64,000 bases of DNA from Eledone cirrhosa. Lineage: Eukaryota. Position 1 is the first letter of the stretch; every line of letters starts with the position of its first letter. Shown here one piece after another: positions 40,801 through 53,024 of the stretch. A program made the translations under genes and the position numbers. The notes beneath the pieces are model-generated. The model saw only the letters and a program-made list of their open reading frames with translations, was not told the origin of the DNA and made no database searches. The DNA lies in the NCBI GenBank assembly GCA_964016885.1, contig OZ024762.1, positions 11,036,001-11,100,000 of the forward strand, read 5' to 3'.

Positions 40801-41289
40801 CGAGGGGCTCTGCCCGTTCGGGATAAGCTCTACAGACACGGGCGCCCGGGTAGGGACCCCTCGAAAAAGATCTGTCCCAGATGCGTGCGCGACGAGGAAA
40901 CCGTCGCGCACGCATTGGTGCACTGCCCGGGCGTTGCCGATCTGTGGGGCTATGTCGAACGACTGTTGTCACGGGTGGGACCAATTAGGTTGACCACCGA
41001 GTCCATTGTAACGATCAAGCCGCCTCCCCCCTTCAAAAATGAAGGAGAGGCGGTCTTCCTCTGTGTAATAGCCATGGTAAAAGAGGCTATATGGTGGACG
41101 CGTCTGAAAGGGCTGAGGTCGGACACCTTTCTCTCCGGCCAACAACTGGTCCTTTTCTTCCGATACCATTTCGGAAGAAGGATCAGGATGGAGAGAGAGG
41201 TGCTCCACTCCAGCCAGTTTTATGAAAGATGGGTGAAAGTTGCGAGAATGGCCCGTGTGAATGGGCCTTCTCTCTACCTCAGCCTGTAG
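37852..41289 (+). CDS. LINE ORF2: APE endonuclease + reverse transcriptase + C-terminal zinc finger
   Basis: 1145-aa ORF with APE motifs (LNARGL, GDWN, SYLDRF, SDH), RT motifs (KSPGLDG, FRPITLLN, DQSKAFDRV, RQGCPLS, AYADD) and CPRC..ETVAHALVHC. Confidence 0.96.
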   Translation: MAVLRVGCLNARGLGSPWKQAKLLSDLRSQCVNVMVICEARISSMRQLTPTFDDFEMHASLCQPGGGGGVVVLLQKHLGLATQTVHLDPEGRLVVLDLGNGEGETFRLVAVYAPFGAMRSDFFHRLETFLGTSRSLLLVGDWNGILDARWDYVGACPDRGGCNSLKGLIGRFDLADRYRLDFPTVPTWTWSNNSGQSRSYLDRFLVRIKDRDFLSCPEMLMVGYSDHKLVTCVVHLDRTHRQGPGYWKLNLSLPASRAYRDRIRTLVKEQLTGAIVNNRWWGSLKREIRVVSIGVSKELASDRNRKERELVVNVEEAMRSGNVARVQASRTVLNQFFDAKHEGCVVRSKIRALGNEGTKAVSWARVTEAKSGIKSTIRSLRDQDGRLILEPKQMCEAFQRHFAQLFGRGGEPVGDVDFGPYLDGLPRLSDREARSCDGPISAAEIGDVLSLCGKRKSPGLDGLPYELYINMPDLFPDLLEAVYCNWQQNRRIPCSVTKGVVSLVRKDENKGDDISNFRPITLLNAELKILAKVLAKRLALVVGGLVGDAQTCAIPSRSIHDNLHLMRYIIERVGNEPGFGGALINLDQSKAFDRVDHGYLDAVLAAAGFGPVFRGWITAIHSSRICSRVKVNGYLSEPFEITRSIRQGCPLSSLLYVLTLEPLLRKLELLQGIPLEPGLRKAVSAYADDVTVMVSTASEIEAIGTLLEEYERLTGAKLNRDKSVALQLGEWRGKAMSCDGIVGRWTEGPVKLLGVWFGPDLQVEKNWGEVTNRVFALTQKWAECKLSLKGRAEVANAYIASVIYYRLTVVPCPGEILAKMERALFYFLWKKRSPLVRRSICCQHPLKGGLGMPWLKMRKHALRLRHLHVFLTGQPVWAPFVRRAFPRLVSLTELQSWVKQRPRKLGDWHTECAQALTALWQADPAIDGDSTSSFYRGLVVSGCDDALGEALGMEEDELASLFGRTFGPGPMDNFQKSLAWQCYRGALPVRDKLYRHGRPGRDPSKKICPRCVRDEETVAHALVHCPGVADLWGYVERLLSRVGPIRLTTESIVTIKPPPPFKNEGEAVFLCVIAMVKEAIWWTRLKGLRSDTFLSGQQLVLFFRYHFGRRIRMEREVLHSSQFYERWVKVARMARVNGPSLYLSL

Positions 41290-41559
41290 GTGGAACAGAA
41301 AGAAGGGAGCACCCTCTCTTTGTGCTCCCGTGGAGAAGGGTCGCACACTTTTTTTCGGGGGTGTGTGTGACCCCAAAACGATCCCTCCCTATTGAGGACC
41401 TTCTTGTTATTATTTTGTTTGTTATATTTTTCTTACTCGATTTTTATGTAAACTCCCCCCACCCATGTACATGTCCCTTTCTTTTGTGCCCTAGTGGCAA
41501 ATAAACAGAAATTTGTCTATCTATATATCTGTCTGTCTGTCTGTCTGTCTGTCTATTTA

Positions 41560-41626
<67 letters not shown>

Positions 41627-41631
41627 ATTTA

Positions 41632-41682
<51 letters not shown>

Positions 41683-41690
41683 ATTTATCT

Positions 41691-41721
<31 letters not shown>

Positions 41722-41777
41722 AACCTATCTGTTATCCATCAATCAATCAATCAATCTATCAATACACACCCAAGACA

Positions 41778-41838
<61 letters not shown>

Positions 41839-41861
41839 ATAACATGGTTTAAGGTAATCCA

Positions 41862-42207
41862 TTGTCAGCCGTTATTCGCGGGGGGTTACGTTCCTAGAGC
41901 ACCCGCGGTAGTGAAAAACCGCGAATATTTAAGGTGGTTCATAAAAATGCCTATAAACGTCACAATATAACGTAAAATATAATTTTAAAAAAAAGGTGAA
42001 GAAGCAAAGGAGCGTCCATTAGGCCAGCAAGTACGGTAAATTGTTATTAGTAATTTACCGTTAAAAACATATATATTGCCATGAAAATGGTCATAAGAAA
42101 TCGCCAAAGATATTCCGTGAATATGTGGTGGTTTCCACGAACAATTATTTGTTAGGTTCTAAGAGAAATTCCGCGAATAACTGGGACCGCGAATATTGGG
42201 AGTACAC

Positions 42208-42209
<2 letters not shown>
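41862..42209. mobile_element. pogo/Tigger-like MITE
   Basis: gttattcgcgg..gttacgttcc at the left end; ccgcgaata repeats and a ..cactg end at the right. Confidence 0.5.
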
Positions 42210-42273
<64 letters not shown>

Positions 42274-42305
42274 ATATATAAAAATATATATATATATATA
42301 TAAAA

Positions 42306-42376
<71 letters not shown>

Positions 42377-42396
42377 CAAAATATATATATATATAT

Positions 42397-42850
42397 ATCA
42401 AAATAAAGATCCGAATGCATGGTATAAATTTCCAATCATTTTAATCACGACACGTCTCAATAAGAGATAGATCGATCGTGTGGCCATGATCGATTATCAC
42501 TGATCTCGTCAGGTGAAAATGAATTGTCTTCAAATCGTTGATATGAGGGAGAAAATTTAAAGATGTTCACTCACTAGAGTTTTGTCCCCCATCGTTAAAT
42601 TTTCTCCCTCATATCAAGGATTTGAAGACAATTCATTTTCACCTGACGAGATCAGTGATAATCGATCATGGCCACACGATCGATCTATCTCTTATTGAGA
42701 CGTGTCGTGATTAAAATGATTGGAAATTTATACCATGCATTCGGATCTTTATTTTGATACAAATACTCCGTGTTACATCATCTAGCTGTTCCCATAAATG
42801 GAATTGGAGATATACAAAAGCGTGGAGAACTTAATATTGCTAACAAGAAT
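42397..42850 (+). mobile_element. Fold-back insert with long-stem-II hammerheads on both arms (GAGA variant)
   Basis: Arms ~42397-42563 and ~42595-42760; cattttcac CTGACGA..GAGACGTGTC gtgattaaaatg at 42634-42718. Confidence 0.65.
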
Positions 42851-43240
42851 TGTTTCTACTTTTGGCACAAGGCCAGCAATTACCCAGTACATTACTGGTA
42901 CTTTATTTTATCGACCCCGTAAGGATGAAAGGCAAAGTTAACCTCGACGGGATTTGAACTCAGACCGTAAAGGGACGTAACTATGCTGGAAAGCATGGCG
43001 TCCGACCCTCTACCGATATTGCCAATCCACCGCCCTTATTAGAATAATAATAATAATGATAATTGTTTCTACTTTTCGCACAAGGCCAGCAATTACCCAG
43101 TACATTACTGGTACTTTATTTTATCGATTCCGTAAGGATGAAAGGCAAGTTTAATTGTTTCTACTTTTGACACAAGGCCAGCAATTACCCCAGTGTATTA
43201 CTGGTACTTTATTTTATCGACCTCGTGAAGATGAAAGGAA
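42848..43240 (-). mobile_element. Nin/Deu-domain SINE cluster
   Basis: One full copy and two partial copies. Confidence 0.8.
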
Positions 43241-43249
43241 CAACAACGA

Positions 43250-43383
43250 TAATAATAATAATAGTAATGGTGATGGTTATATTGATGATGATGATGATAA
43301 TGAGTGGTAGTAGTAGCAGCAGTAGTAGTAGTAGTAATAGCAGCAGCAGCAGCAGTAGCAGCAACAGTAGTAGTAGTAGTAGT

Positions 43384-43418
<35 letters not shown>

Positions 43419-43428
43419 TAGTAGTAGC

Positions 43429-43502
<74 letters not shown>

Positions 43503-43631
43503 TAGCAGCAGCAGTAGCAGTAGTAGTAGTAGTAGTAGTAGTAGCAGTAGCAGTAGCAGCAGTAGTAGTAGTAGTAGTAATAGTAACAGCAGCAGTAGTA
43601 GTAGCAGTAGTAGTAGTAGTAGTATTATTAT

Positions 43632-43666
<35 letters not shown>

Positions 43667-43673
43667 GTAGTAT

Positions 43674-43729
<56 letters not shown>

Positions 43730-43736
43730 GTAGTAT

Positions 43737-43775
<39 letters not shown>
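43250..43775. repeat. (TAG/CAG)n microsatellite
   Basis: Direct inspection. Confidence 0.9.
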
Positions 43776-44138
43776 GCTTATATGTAAACTGCTTATATGT
43801 TAAGCTCCCAGTACTAAGTAACCTGGTCTTCGTGGAAAAATTGGTCAACGAATAAAGTGGAAGTGGTTGAAGACGTCACAGTAAATGCCCTACATGTAGA
43901 TTTGGTGTCATTCAGGTGTGGTGAGAAATTCCCTATGTGTGTATGTATGTATGTATGTATGTATGTATGTATGTATGTATGTAGCTATCTATTTATATAT
44001 GCATGTATGTATGTATAACGCATATATGTTTATATATATGATATATGTTGATATATATGATATATGTTTATATATATATATATATGTATGTTTATATATA
44101 TATGTATGTATATATATATACATATATGTATATTTGTT

Positions 44139-44178
<40 letters not shown>

Positions 44179-44218
44179 GGTGCGCCAGCATTGCCTCAGC
44201 CGGATGGCTGGAACTGGT

Positions 44219-44274
<56 letters not shown>

Positions 44275-44319
44275 AATATATATATATATATATAAATATA
44301 TATATTTAGATAGATATAT

Positions 44320-44374
<55 letters not shown>

Positions 44375-44426
44375 AAAATATACATATATATATACACACA
44401 CAAATATACATATATATATATATATA

Positions 44427-44469
<43 letters not shown>

Positions 44470-45159
44470 ATTTGCATTCGTGTACCTAATAAACACATAG
44501 GTAGCCACACCGTTCTGTAAACAAACCTCACTGTTTAACCACAAGATCTATTTAAACAGCGAGGCTCTACGTATGTTTATGAAACAGGTGTGTATGAAAT
44601 TGTTCGCCATTTTACGTCCCACAAACGGCTCTAGTATTACCTTATTTTTATTGATATACCAATGGATTGGCAGAATCGGTAGACCGTTGGATGAAATGCT
44701 TTGCGGCATATAGTTACGTCCCTTTACGCTTTGATATCATTAAATAATGGCTAGCAGAATAACCACCCTTCGGGTGGTTTTTCTGCTACCACGTGTAGTG
44801 TGTATACATAGAAATTGAACGAAGACTGTGTTTCACTCTCTTATGTAATCAGTAATGTAATCCATGATACATTAAAAAAAAGACGAAATTATATATAAAC
44901 TGCATTAGGAGAAAATTAGTGACAGAAAATTAGTATGTTTATTTAAGCGATCGCCACCGGAAGTGTTGACATTTGAACATTTTAAAGAAGTGAATCTTTA
45001 AATAAATAATAAAATATATTTAATGAACAGCCACGAAATTTAGTAGATAAATTATGTAATATTCATTCATTATTTATTCAAAGTAATACAACTTATTTTA
45101 CTAATGGGTTAAACAATTATAAACCGTACGCAGTCCCGCGCTTCTTACTTTATTATAGT

Positions 45160-45512
45160 TTAGATTTCTAGTATAGGCACAAGGCCAGTAATTTTTTTTG
45201 GGGGGGGGGGAGCAAAGTCGATTAAATCAACCCCAGTGCATCGCTGGTACTTTATTTTATCGACCCGGTAAGGATGAAAGGCAAAGTTAACCACGCTGGG
45301 ATTTGAACTCAGACTGTAAAGGGGCCGTAACTGTATGCTGCAAAGCATGGTGTCCGACGTTCTACCAATACTGCCAATTCTAATAATGGTTTCTTATATA
45401 GGCACAAGGCCAGCAATTTTGGTGGATGGGAAAGTCGATTAAATTAACCCCAGTACGTGACTGGTACTTTATTTTATCGACTCCATAAGGATAAAGGCAA
45501 AGTTAACCTCAC
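45160..45512 (-). mobile_element. Nin/Deu-domain SINE pair
   Basis: Consensus match. Confidence 0.8.
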
Positions 45513-45521
45513 CGTGTGTTT

Positions 45522-45730
45522 TCATCATCCGGCGGCCTCAGCCGAAATCGTCTCAACAATTGATCTCCACGTGGGTCTGTCGTTCATTGCCGTTGCCAAA
45601 TCCTGGATTTCAATACCAGAATCTCTGGAGATGACATCGTTATTAGTGACTGCTTGTGGCTTCCAAATCACTAATGGGGACACAGCCCCATAGGTGGCAC
45701 GAAGGCAGTGGCCAGCAAATTTTAGAGCAT
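45522..45730 (-). pseudogene. RTE-like ORF C-terminal fragment
   Basis: FAGHCLR..SPLVIWKP..RDSGIEIQDLATAMNDRPTWR. Confidence 0.65.
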
Positions 45731-46257
45731 GGCTCCTTCTCAAAAAACCAACTGCGTGCGGTTTTTTTGGGGGGGGTTTTTGAAATAACATGAACATTCT
45801 CACATTTAAACACACACCGTAACACACTTCAAGATTGACCGACGGAAACCACTAACAGTTTCTAAGATGTATTGTAAAATAATACGTTAAGCATGATTCC
45901 TTCAAAAGCCAAATGCACTTAGCGTAAACTGTTTAGCAAGGTTTCAACATTGATCCTAGATGGTCGTAACTAACTACCACAAAGTATAATACTCACCTCT
46001 CTAATGTTTTTACGACTGACGTTCTCGCTAGCTAAAATTATACTGATCTCAAGGTTGAGATATATAAATAACTATTTTAATTACATTTAAAGGCGGAAGG
46101 TGGAGGATTTATACACAAAATTCGCCAAAATATATTTTTATTAGTTCCAAAGTGCGCCGTAAACAAAGAAGATATCTTGAGAAACACACCATTATATATA
46201 TATATATATTTATATATTTAAAGTTGTTGGGATACAAGAAGTAAATATTTTTATATC

Positions 46258-46309
<52 letters not shown>

Positions 46310-46417
46310 ATATATATATAAATATATATAGTAATAATAATAAATGTGAAGACTAAAATCCAAAGAGGGCTCGATAAGGATAAATATATATCAAATATAT
46401 AAGAACCATAGAGCAAA

Positions 46418-46567
46418 TATTTATTAAAATGATAGATTATAGTTTAAGCAAAGAATCGCTGCTTTCACCCTTAACGGGATCTTCTGAAACTAGTTTCAGA
46501 AGATCCCGTTAAGGGTGAAAGCAGCGATTCCTTGCTTAAACTTTAATCTGTTATTTTAATAAATATA
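46418..46567. mobile_element. Palindromic insert, family O (fragments at 31675-31750 and 47475-47520)
   Basis: Centre AACTAGTT; contains CAGAAGA t CCC gttaa GGG t GAAA. Confidence 0.55.
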
Positions 46568-47516
46568 AGTATATATATACGTAATAGGAACAAGTAAGAC
46601 GGCTAATTCTGGACTAAGTCCATAATTAGCCGTCGAAACGGCTTGAGCTCAGCCGTCGAAACGGCTTGAGCTCAGCCGTCAGGGTCTTACTTGTTCATAT
46701 TACCCACTCTACTACCCTAAGCATTGAGTACTTTGGTGCGTTATGGTCCACCTGGTTCCTTACCACATTTCCTTCGCTATATATATACGTATATGTATAT
46801 ACATATATACATAATTTTATATATTATGTATATATATATAAAATTATATATATATATATATATATATTTGTATATATATATAAAATTATATTTATATAGA
46901 GCTATATAGAGCTATATATATATGTATACATATGTGTGTGTGTTTGTCTGTGTGTATTTGTATATGTGTGTATGTATGTCTGTAGGAGTGGTGTGTTTGT
47001 ACACACCACACCCTTGCTGTTAGTCATCTGAGTCAGGCTAACAATGACGATGCTATATTTTTATCAAGTTCACCTTACAAGGAGCTGTGTTGCTTTTGAG
47101 GCTACTCAAGGTAAATATATATACGCAGAACCATGTATTCCACTACGCATCGAGCTTTACAATGTTTCGTTCCAGCAATCTTTCTCCTCACTCTCTTTTT
47201 TATATGTTCCTTTTCAGGATTATTGTCTAAAACGTCCGCTGAATGTTTTCCATACACAACCTTGCAGTGGTGAGCTGAACACACCTAATCACTGAGTTTC
47301 CTCCATTCAGTGAGAATAACAATCAAAAAGTGAAATATAAATATATATAAGGGCGGTGCCCCAGCATGGCCTCAGCCGGATGGCTGAAACAGGTAAAAGA
47401 GTATAGTAATAATAATAAATTTGAAGACTAAAATCCAAAGAGGGCTCGATAAGGATAAATATATATGAAATATATAAGGGTGAAAGCAGCGATTCTTTGC
47501 TTAAACTTTAATCTAT

Positions 47517-47604
<88 letters not shown>

Positions 47605-48284
47605 TGTTATACTTTGGGAGGGTCATGTTGCCAATAAGAAACACACGCACCAGTTGCTTTCACTTCAATTTATTATATATTTATAAATTTATAAATTTAT
47701 AAATTTATAAATTTATAAATATATAATAAATTGAAGTGAAAGCAACTGGTGCGTGTGTTTCTTATTGGCAACATGACCCTCCCAAAGTATAACAATATCG
47801 GTTTCAACACACGATTTCAGATAAAGAATCTTGCTAAACAAATTCAGAAACGAAATATATATATATATATATAAATAGAATGACTAAAGATAATATCTAG
47901 TGGTAGTGGTGGCGGGGTGGTGTAGCAAGCAGATGACCAACTAAGGAGAAAGATAGGATGGTCCTGACAAACAAACTATTATGGAGAGAATAAATACCAG
48001 GAAAATATACAGAGAATAAAACACACAGACAAATGTACCGATAAGATTACAGTGTGTGTGTGGGTGTGTATACATATATATATACATACGTACACACACA
48101 CATACAAACACACACACACCTACATATAAATATATATATATTTCTTTTCTATATAACTATATATATATATACATATATATTTATATAAATATGAATATAT
48201 ATATAGATATATTTCTTCTTTTCTATATAACTATATATGTACATATATAGAAAAGAAGAAATATATCTATATATATATATACAA

Positions 48285-48325
48285 CCGAGCTGATGATCTG
48301 AATAAAGTGAAACAATTGTTCACGG
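48285..48325 (+). ncRNA. Minimal hammerhead candidate
   Basis: ccgag CTGATGA tctgaataaagt GAAACAATTGTT cacgg; palindromic stem III ACAAUUGU, weak stem II. Confidence 0.5.
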
Positions 48326-48423
48326 AAATGGTGAACTAACTGCTGTGGAACTACCTATTATATATATATGTCGGATTTGTTTATCGTAAACTCGTGAGCT
48401 GATTTTCCGATACTCGATTATTC

Positions 48424-48465
<42 letters not shown>

Positions 48466-48505
48466 GATATTAAACAAATGGAAACTATATTTATAAAACC
48501 ATATT

Positions 48506-48571
48506 TATTTCATTATACCTATTTCAGGGATAACATATTAAAAATATGGCATGCCTTCGTCAGATAAAATA
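48506..48571 (-). ncRNA. Hammerhead ribozyme (family D)
   Basis: Reverse strand reads tattttat CTGACGA..GAAA taggt ATA atgaaata. Confidence 0.65.
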
Positions 48572-48734
48572 CAATATATAACCAGTTTTATAAATAATTT
48601 TGACGTACCATAAATATAGCGACCATTAATGTAGGAGGCTGGCTTGGTATATCTACTCCAAAAACTTGTCGAGTGCTTTATATCAGTTATAAAATATTTA
48701 CTTGTTGTAACCCAACAATTTTAAATAAAACTTT

Positions 48735-48836
<102 letters not shown>

Positions 48837-49075
48837 TTCTACGGGACTAGAACTGTTTAATTCGAGAGAAATCATCAGGAAGCTTCCGAATGAGTCCTGT
48901 AGAAGTCATTTCTATATTAAATATTTATACTCTGCTTTGTATTGAGTACCTTACTTACTGTGCCCCCCCCCCCCGATTGGACCCTGGATAAAAACTTATA
49001 TATACATCTCTGGTACTTACATAGAGCACCCTTCACTCCTATGACTATTTCAATTTTCAACGGAAACTTCAATAC

Positions 49076-49110
<35 letters not shown>

Positions 49111-49111
49111 A

Positions 49112-49188
<77 letters not shown>

Positions 49189-49252
49189 GTATATAATGTG
49201 TATATAATTTTATATGTGTGTGAGCGTGTATGTGATCATGCTTGTTCATATG

Positions 49253-49371
<119 letters not shown>

Positions 49372-49512
49372 ATATATAAATAAATATATATATATATATA
49401 AAAATATATATATATATATAAAAATATATATATATATATATATATATAAATATATATATAAATAAATATATAAATATATATATATATATATAAAAATATA
49501 TATATATATATA

Positions 49513-49714
<202 letters not shown>

Positions 49715-50211
49715 CATATGAACAAGCATGATCACATACACGCTCACACACATATAAAATTATATACACTACTTTTCTCTTATTTTCTCGTAGATGCCAA
49801 TAATTTTTGCCGAAAACAGTGTTTGCTGTGCGTTGACAAAAGTATCAATATTAATGAAGTAACTAATTAGTCACCGGACCTGTTTCCAGTCAATAGACAT
49901 ATTATTATTCGTTTATGCACTCGTTTGTTCAAGTCAAAACACATTCTGTTGTTTACTCCTGGCTGCTTGCTCAAGCCGTCGTGGAACCTTGATTCAATAT
50001 GATGCAATACTACACTTATGCACAAAATTGCACTTCCCAGAGTGTGGTTGACGAGGAAGTTTATTACATTTGTTCTTATGTCACACATATTTTGATTTTC
50101 CACGTACAATTGTAGATGTCAACATGAATGGACCTGTTATTTTTATTTGAAGACATTTTTTTTCAAATTCCAACCCGTCCGTCCCCTCAATCTATCTTAT
50201 TTCTCATTCTT

Positions 50212-50247
50212 TATTCTGATGAAGGACTAGCGTCCGAAACGTTAAGA
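50212..50247 (+). ncRNA. Minimal hammerhead (family H; relatives at ~14005-14045 -, 34198-34215 -, 58780-58812 +)
   Basis: CTGATGA a GGAC tagc GTCC GAAACGTT aaga; consensus stem I is tctt/aaga. Confidence 0.7.
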
Positions 50248-50816
50248 CCCTCTTCCTGCTATATCAAGCGTTAACCTAATATATACCTTCCATATACTGT
50301 ACCGATTGTGTTGTTATTTCTGTTTACCTTTTACATAAATATATATATATATATATATGTGGGGGGGGGGGGTTGTGTGTGTGTCTCTGTGTATGTGTAT
50401 GTATATATGTATGTAGATATGTATGTGTGTGTGTGTGTATGTTCATGTTTGTGTTTGTGTATGAACGAGTGTGTGAGTGTACGTGTGTGTGTATGTGTGT
50501 GTGTGTATGTGTATGTGTGTATGTGTGTATCATCGTTAGCATACGAAGACTAACATATGGCTGTCCTTTGAGATGTAAATAAATATGGATGCCTGTGTTC
50601 TCAATAAGAAGAATCAATAGATAAGATAGAAAGATCTCCTGAGTCAGAAGACAGAGAGCTAAGATTTCTATATAACTGTATTATATATTTACTGAACTAG
50701 TTCATGTTGTATACAGTTTCTTTGTACCTTCACAATTTTAGTAGCATAATGCTCGACTGAACAGTAAGATCAATTATCAGCGTCGGTCAACATGTTTTTC
50801 GGCCTTGAACACTTGA

Positions 50817-51636
50817 TTTGATTTTATCGATCTCGTAAGGATGAAAGGCAAAGCTAACAATGGCGTAATTTGAAGTTAGAACGTAATTAGATGTAACTAT
50901 TATTTTATGTCAGAACCTTTGGTAAACTATGTCTCGAACTCTAACTTAATAATAGTTTCTGATTTAGGCACAAGGCCAACAATTTTGGCGGAGGGAGGGG
51001 GGGAGTCGATTGAATCGACCCCAGTACATTACTGGTACTTTATTTTATCGACCCCCGTAAGGATGAAAGGCAAAGCTAACCTCGGCGGGATTTGAACTCA
51101 GAGAGTTGTAATAATAATTGTTTCTGATTTCGGCACAAGGCCAAGAATTTTGATGGATGGGAAAGTCGATTAAATCGACCCAGTACATTACTGGTACCTT
51201 ATTTTATCGACCCATTTAGGATGAAAGTCAAAGTAAACCTCAGCAGGATTTGAACTCAGATCATAAAGGCCCGTAACTCTATGCTGCAAAGCATAGTGTC
51301 CGACCCTCTACAGATACTGCCAATCCACCGCCCTAATAATTGTTTCTTATATAGGCACAAGGCCAGTAATTTGGGGGGAGGGGAAAGTCGATTAAATCGA
51401 CCCCAGTGCGTGACTGGTACTTTATTTTATCGACCCCATAAGGATGAAAGGCAAAGTTAACCTCGGCGGGATTTGAGCTCAGATCATAAAGAGCCGTAAC
51501 TCTTTGCTGCAAAGCATGGCGTCCGACCCTCTACCGATACTGCCAATCCACCACCCTAATAATAATATTTATTTTATCGACCCCATAAGGATGAAAGGCA
51601 AAGCTAACCTCGGCGGGATTTGAACTCAGACCGTAA
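50817..51636 (-). mobile_element. Head-to-tail array of ~5 Nin/Deu-domain SINEs
   Basis: Repeated consensus joined at (TAA)n tails. Confidence 0.8.
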
Positions 51637-51902
51637 ATATGACATAGAAGCAGGAGTGTTTTCATATAGTGTGATGTCATAAACTCGTCAGCAATGCTGT
51701 GTCCACAAGACCTGAAAACCTACAATAATGTCAGATGACAAGAAGATGACGTGTTGCATGGTGGGAAATATGGCTGTTGGATGTAACTAAGTCCCAAGTG
51801 GTGTAAATAAGTGGAAGAAATGGTTTTTGAGTGCAATTAGCAAGAGTGGTGTGTGTGTGTGTGTGTGTGGCGAGTGTGTATGTGTGTGAGTGCATATATA
51901 TG

Positions 51903-51950
<48 letters not shown>

Positions 51951-51994
51951 GTTGTTTATTATGTAATTAATATATATACATACATATATACACA

Positions 51995-52745
51995 CACATA
52001 CACCACTCTCTCTCTCACACATACACTCCCCCCTCTATACCAGTTATTGTCACTATAACAAGATATATTATTGCACCCCCCCCCCCCCCCCCCCCACACA
52101 CACCCCCACACACTCACACACACACACCACTCTCTCTCTCACACATACACCCCCCCCCTCTATACCAGTTATTGTCACTATAACAAGATATATTATTGCA
52201 CACACGCCCCCACACACACACACATCCACACACTCACACACACACACACACACCACTCTCTCTCTCACACATACACTCCCCCCTCTATACCAGTTATTGT
52301 CACTATAACAAGATATATTATTGCACCCCCCCCACCCCCACACCCCCACACACTCACACACACACACCACTCTCTCTCTCACACATACACTCCCCCTCTA
52401 TACCAGTTATTGTCACTATAACAAGATATATTATTGCACACACACCCCCACACACACACACATCCACACACTCACACACACACACACCACTCTCTCTCTC
52501 ACACATACACTCCCCCCTCTATACCAGTTATTGTCACTATAACAAGATATATTATTACACACACACCCCCACACACATACACACACACCCACACACTCAC
52601 ACACACACACCACTCTCTCTCTCTCACACATACACTCCCCCCCCTCTATACCAGTTATTGTCACTATAACAAGATATATTATCACCCCCCCCCCCCACCC
52701 CCACCCCCACCTCTATACCAGTTATTGTCAATATAACAAGATATA
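51995..52745. repeat. ~120-bp compound minisatellite, ~6-7 copies
   Basis: Constant core ctataccagttattgtcactataacaagatatatta with variable C/CA spacers. Confidence 0.9.
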
Positions 52746-52747
52746 TT

Positions 52748-52920
52748 TGTTTCTACTTTAGGCACAAGGCCAGAAAACACCCAGTGTATTACTGGTACTT
52801 TATTTTATCGACCCCGTAAGGATGAAAGGCAAAGTCAACCTCGGCGGGATTTGAACTCAGATCGTAAAGGGACGTAACTATGCTGGAGAGCATGGCGTCC
52901 GACCCTCTACCGATACTGCC
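52748..52920 (-). mobile_element. Nin/Deu-domain SINE with 12-bp TSD
   Basis: ACAAGATATATT at 52736-52747 and 52921-52932. Confidence 0.85.
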
Positions 52921-53024
52921 ACAAGATATATTACGTCACAGTTATAAACTCCGACCCATCACTACTTTCCTTTGGTCTGTTGTCTTTTCTCTTCTTTTCC
53001 CACCGCTGTTTATATAGGCTTGTT

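Larger units (their letters stand above)
35893..41512 (+). mobile_element. Full-length Tx1-clade (L1-like) non-LTR retrotransposon inserted in a TCTA/TCTG microsatellite
   Basis: 5'UTR from ~35893, two uninterrupted ORFs 23 bp apart, 3'UTR with AATAAA at ~41500, and (TCTG/TCTA)n on both flanks. Confidence 0.93.

Noticed and set aside
44752-44795. Rho-independent terminator
   Set aside because: The sequence is eukaryotic and there is no upstream gene.
49867-50109. Possible hAT transposase C-terminal remnant
   Set aside because: The similarity is too weak to support by eye.
51995-52745. Repeat-spacer pattern resembling CRISPR
   Set aside because: The spacers are homologous C/CA microsatellites, the context is eukaryotic, and there are no cas genes.
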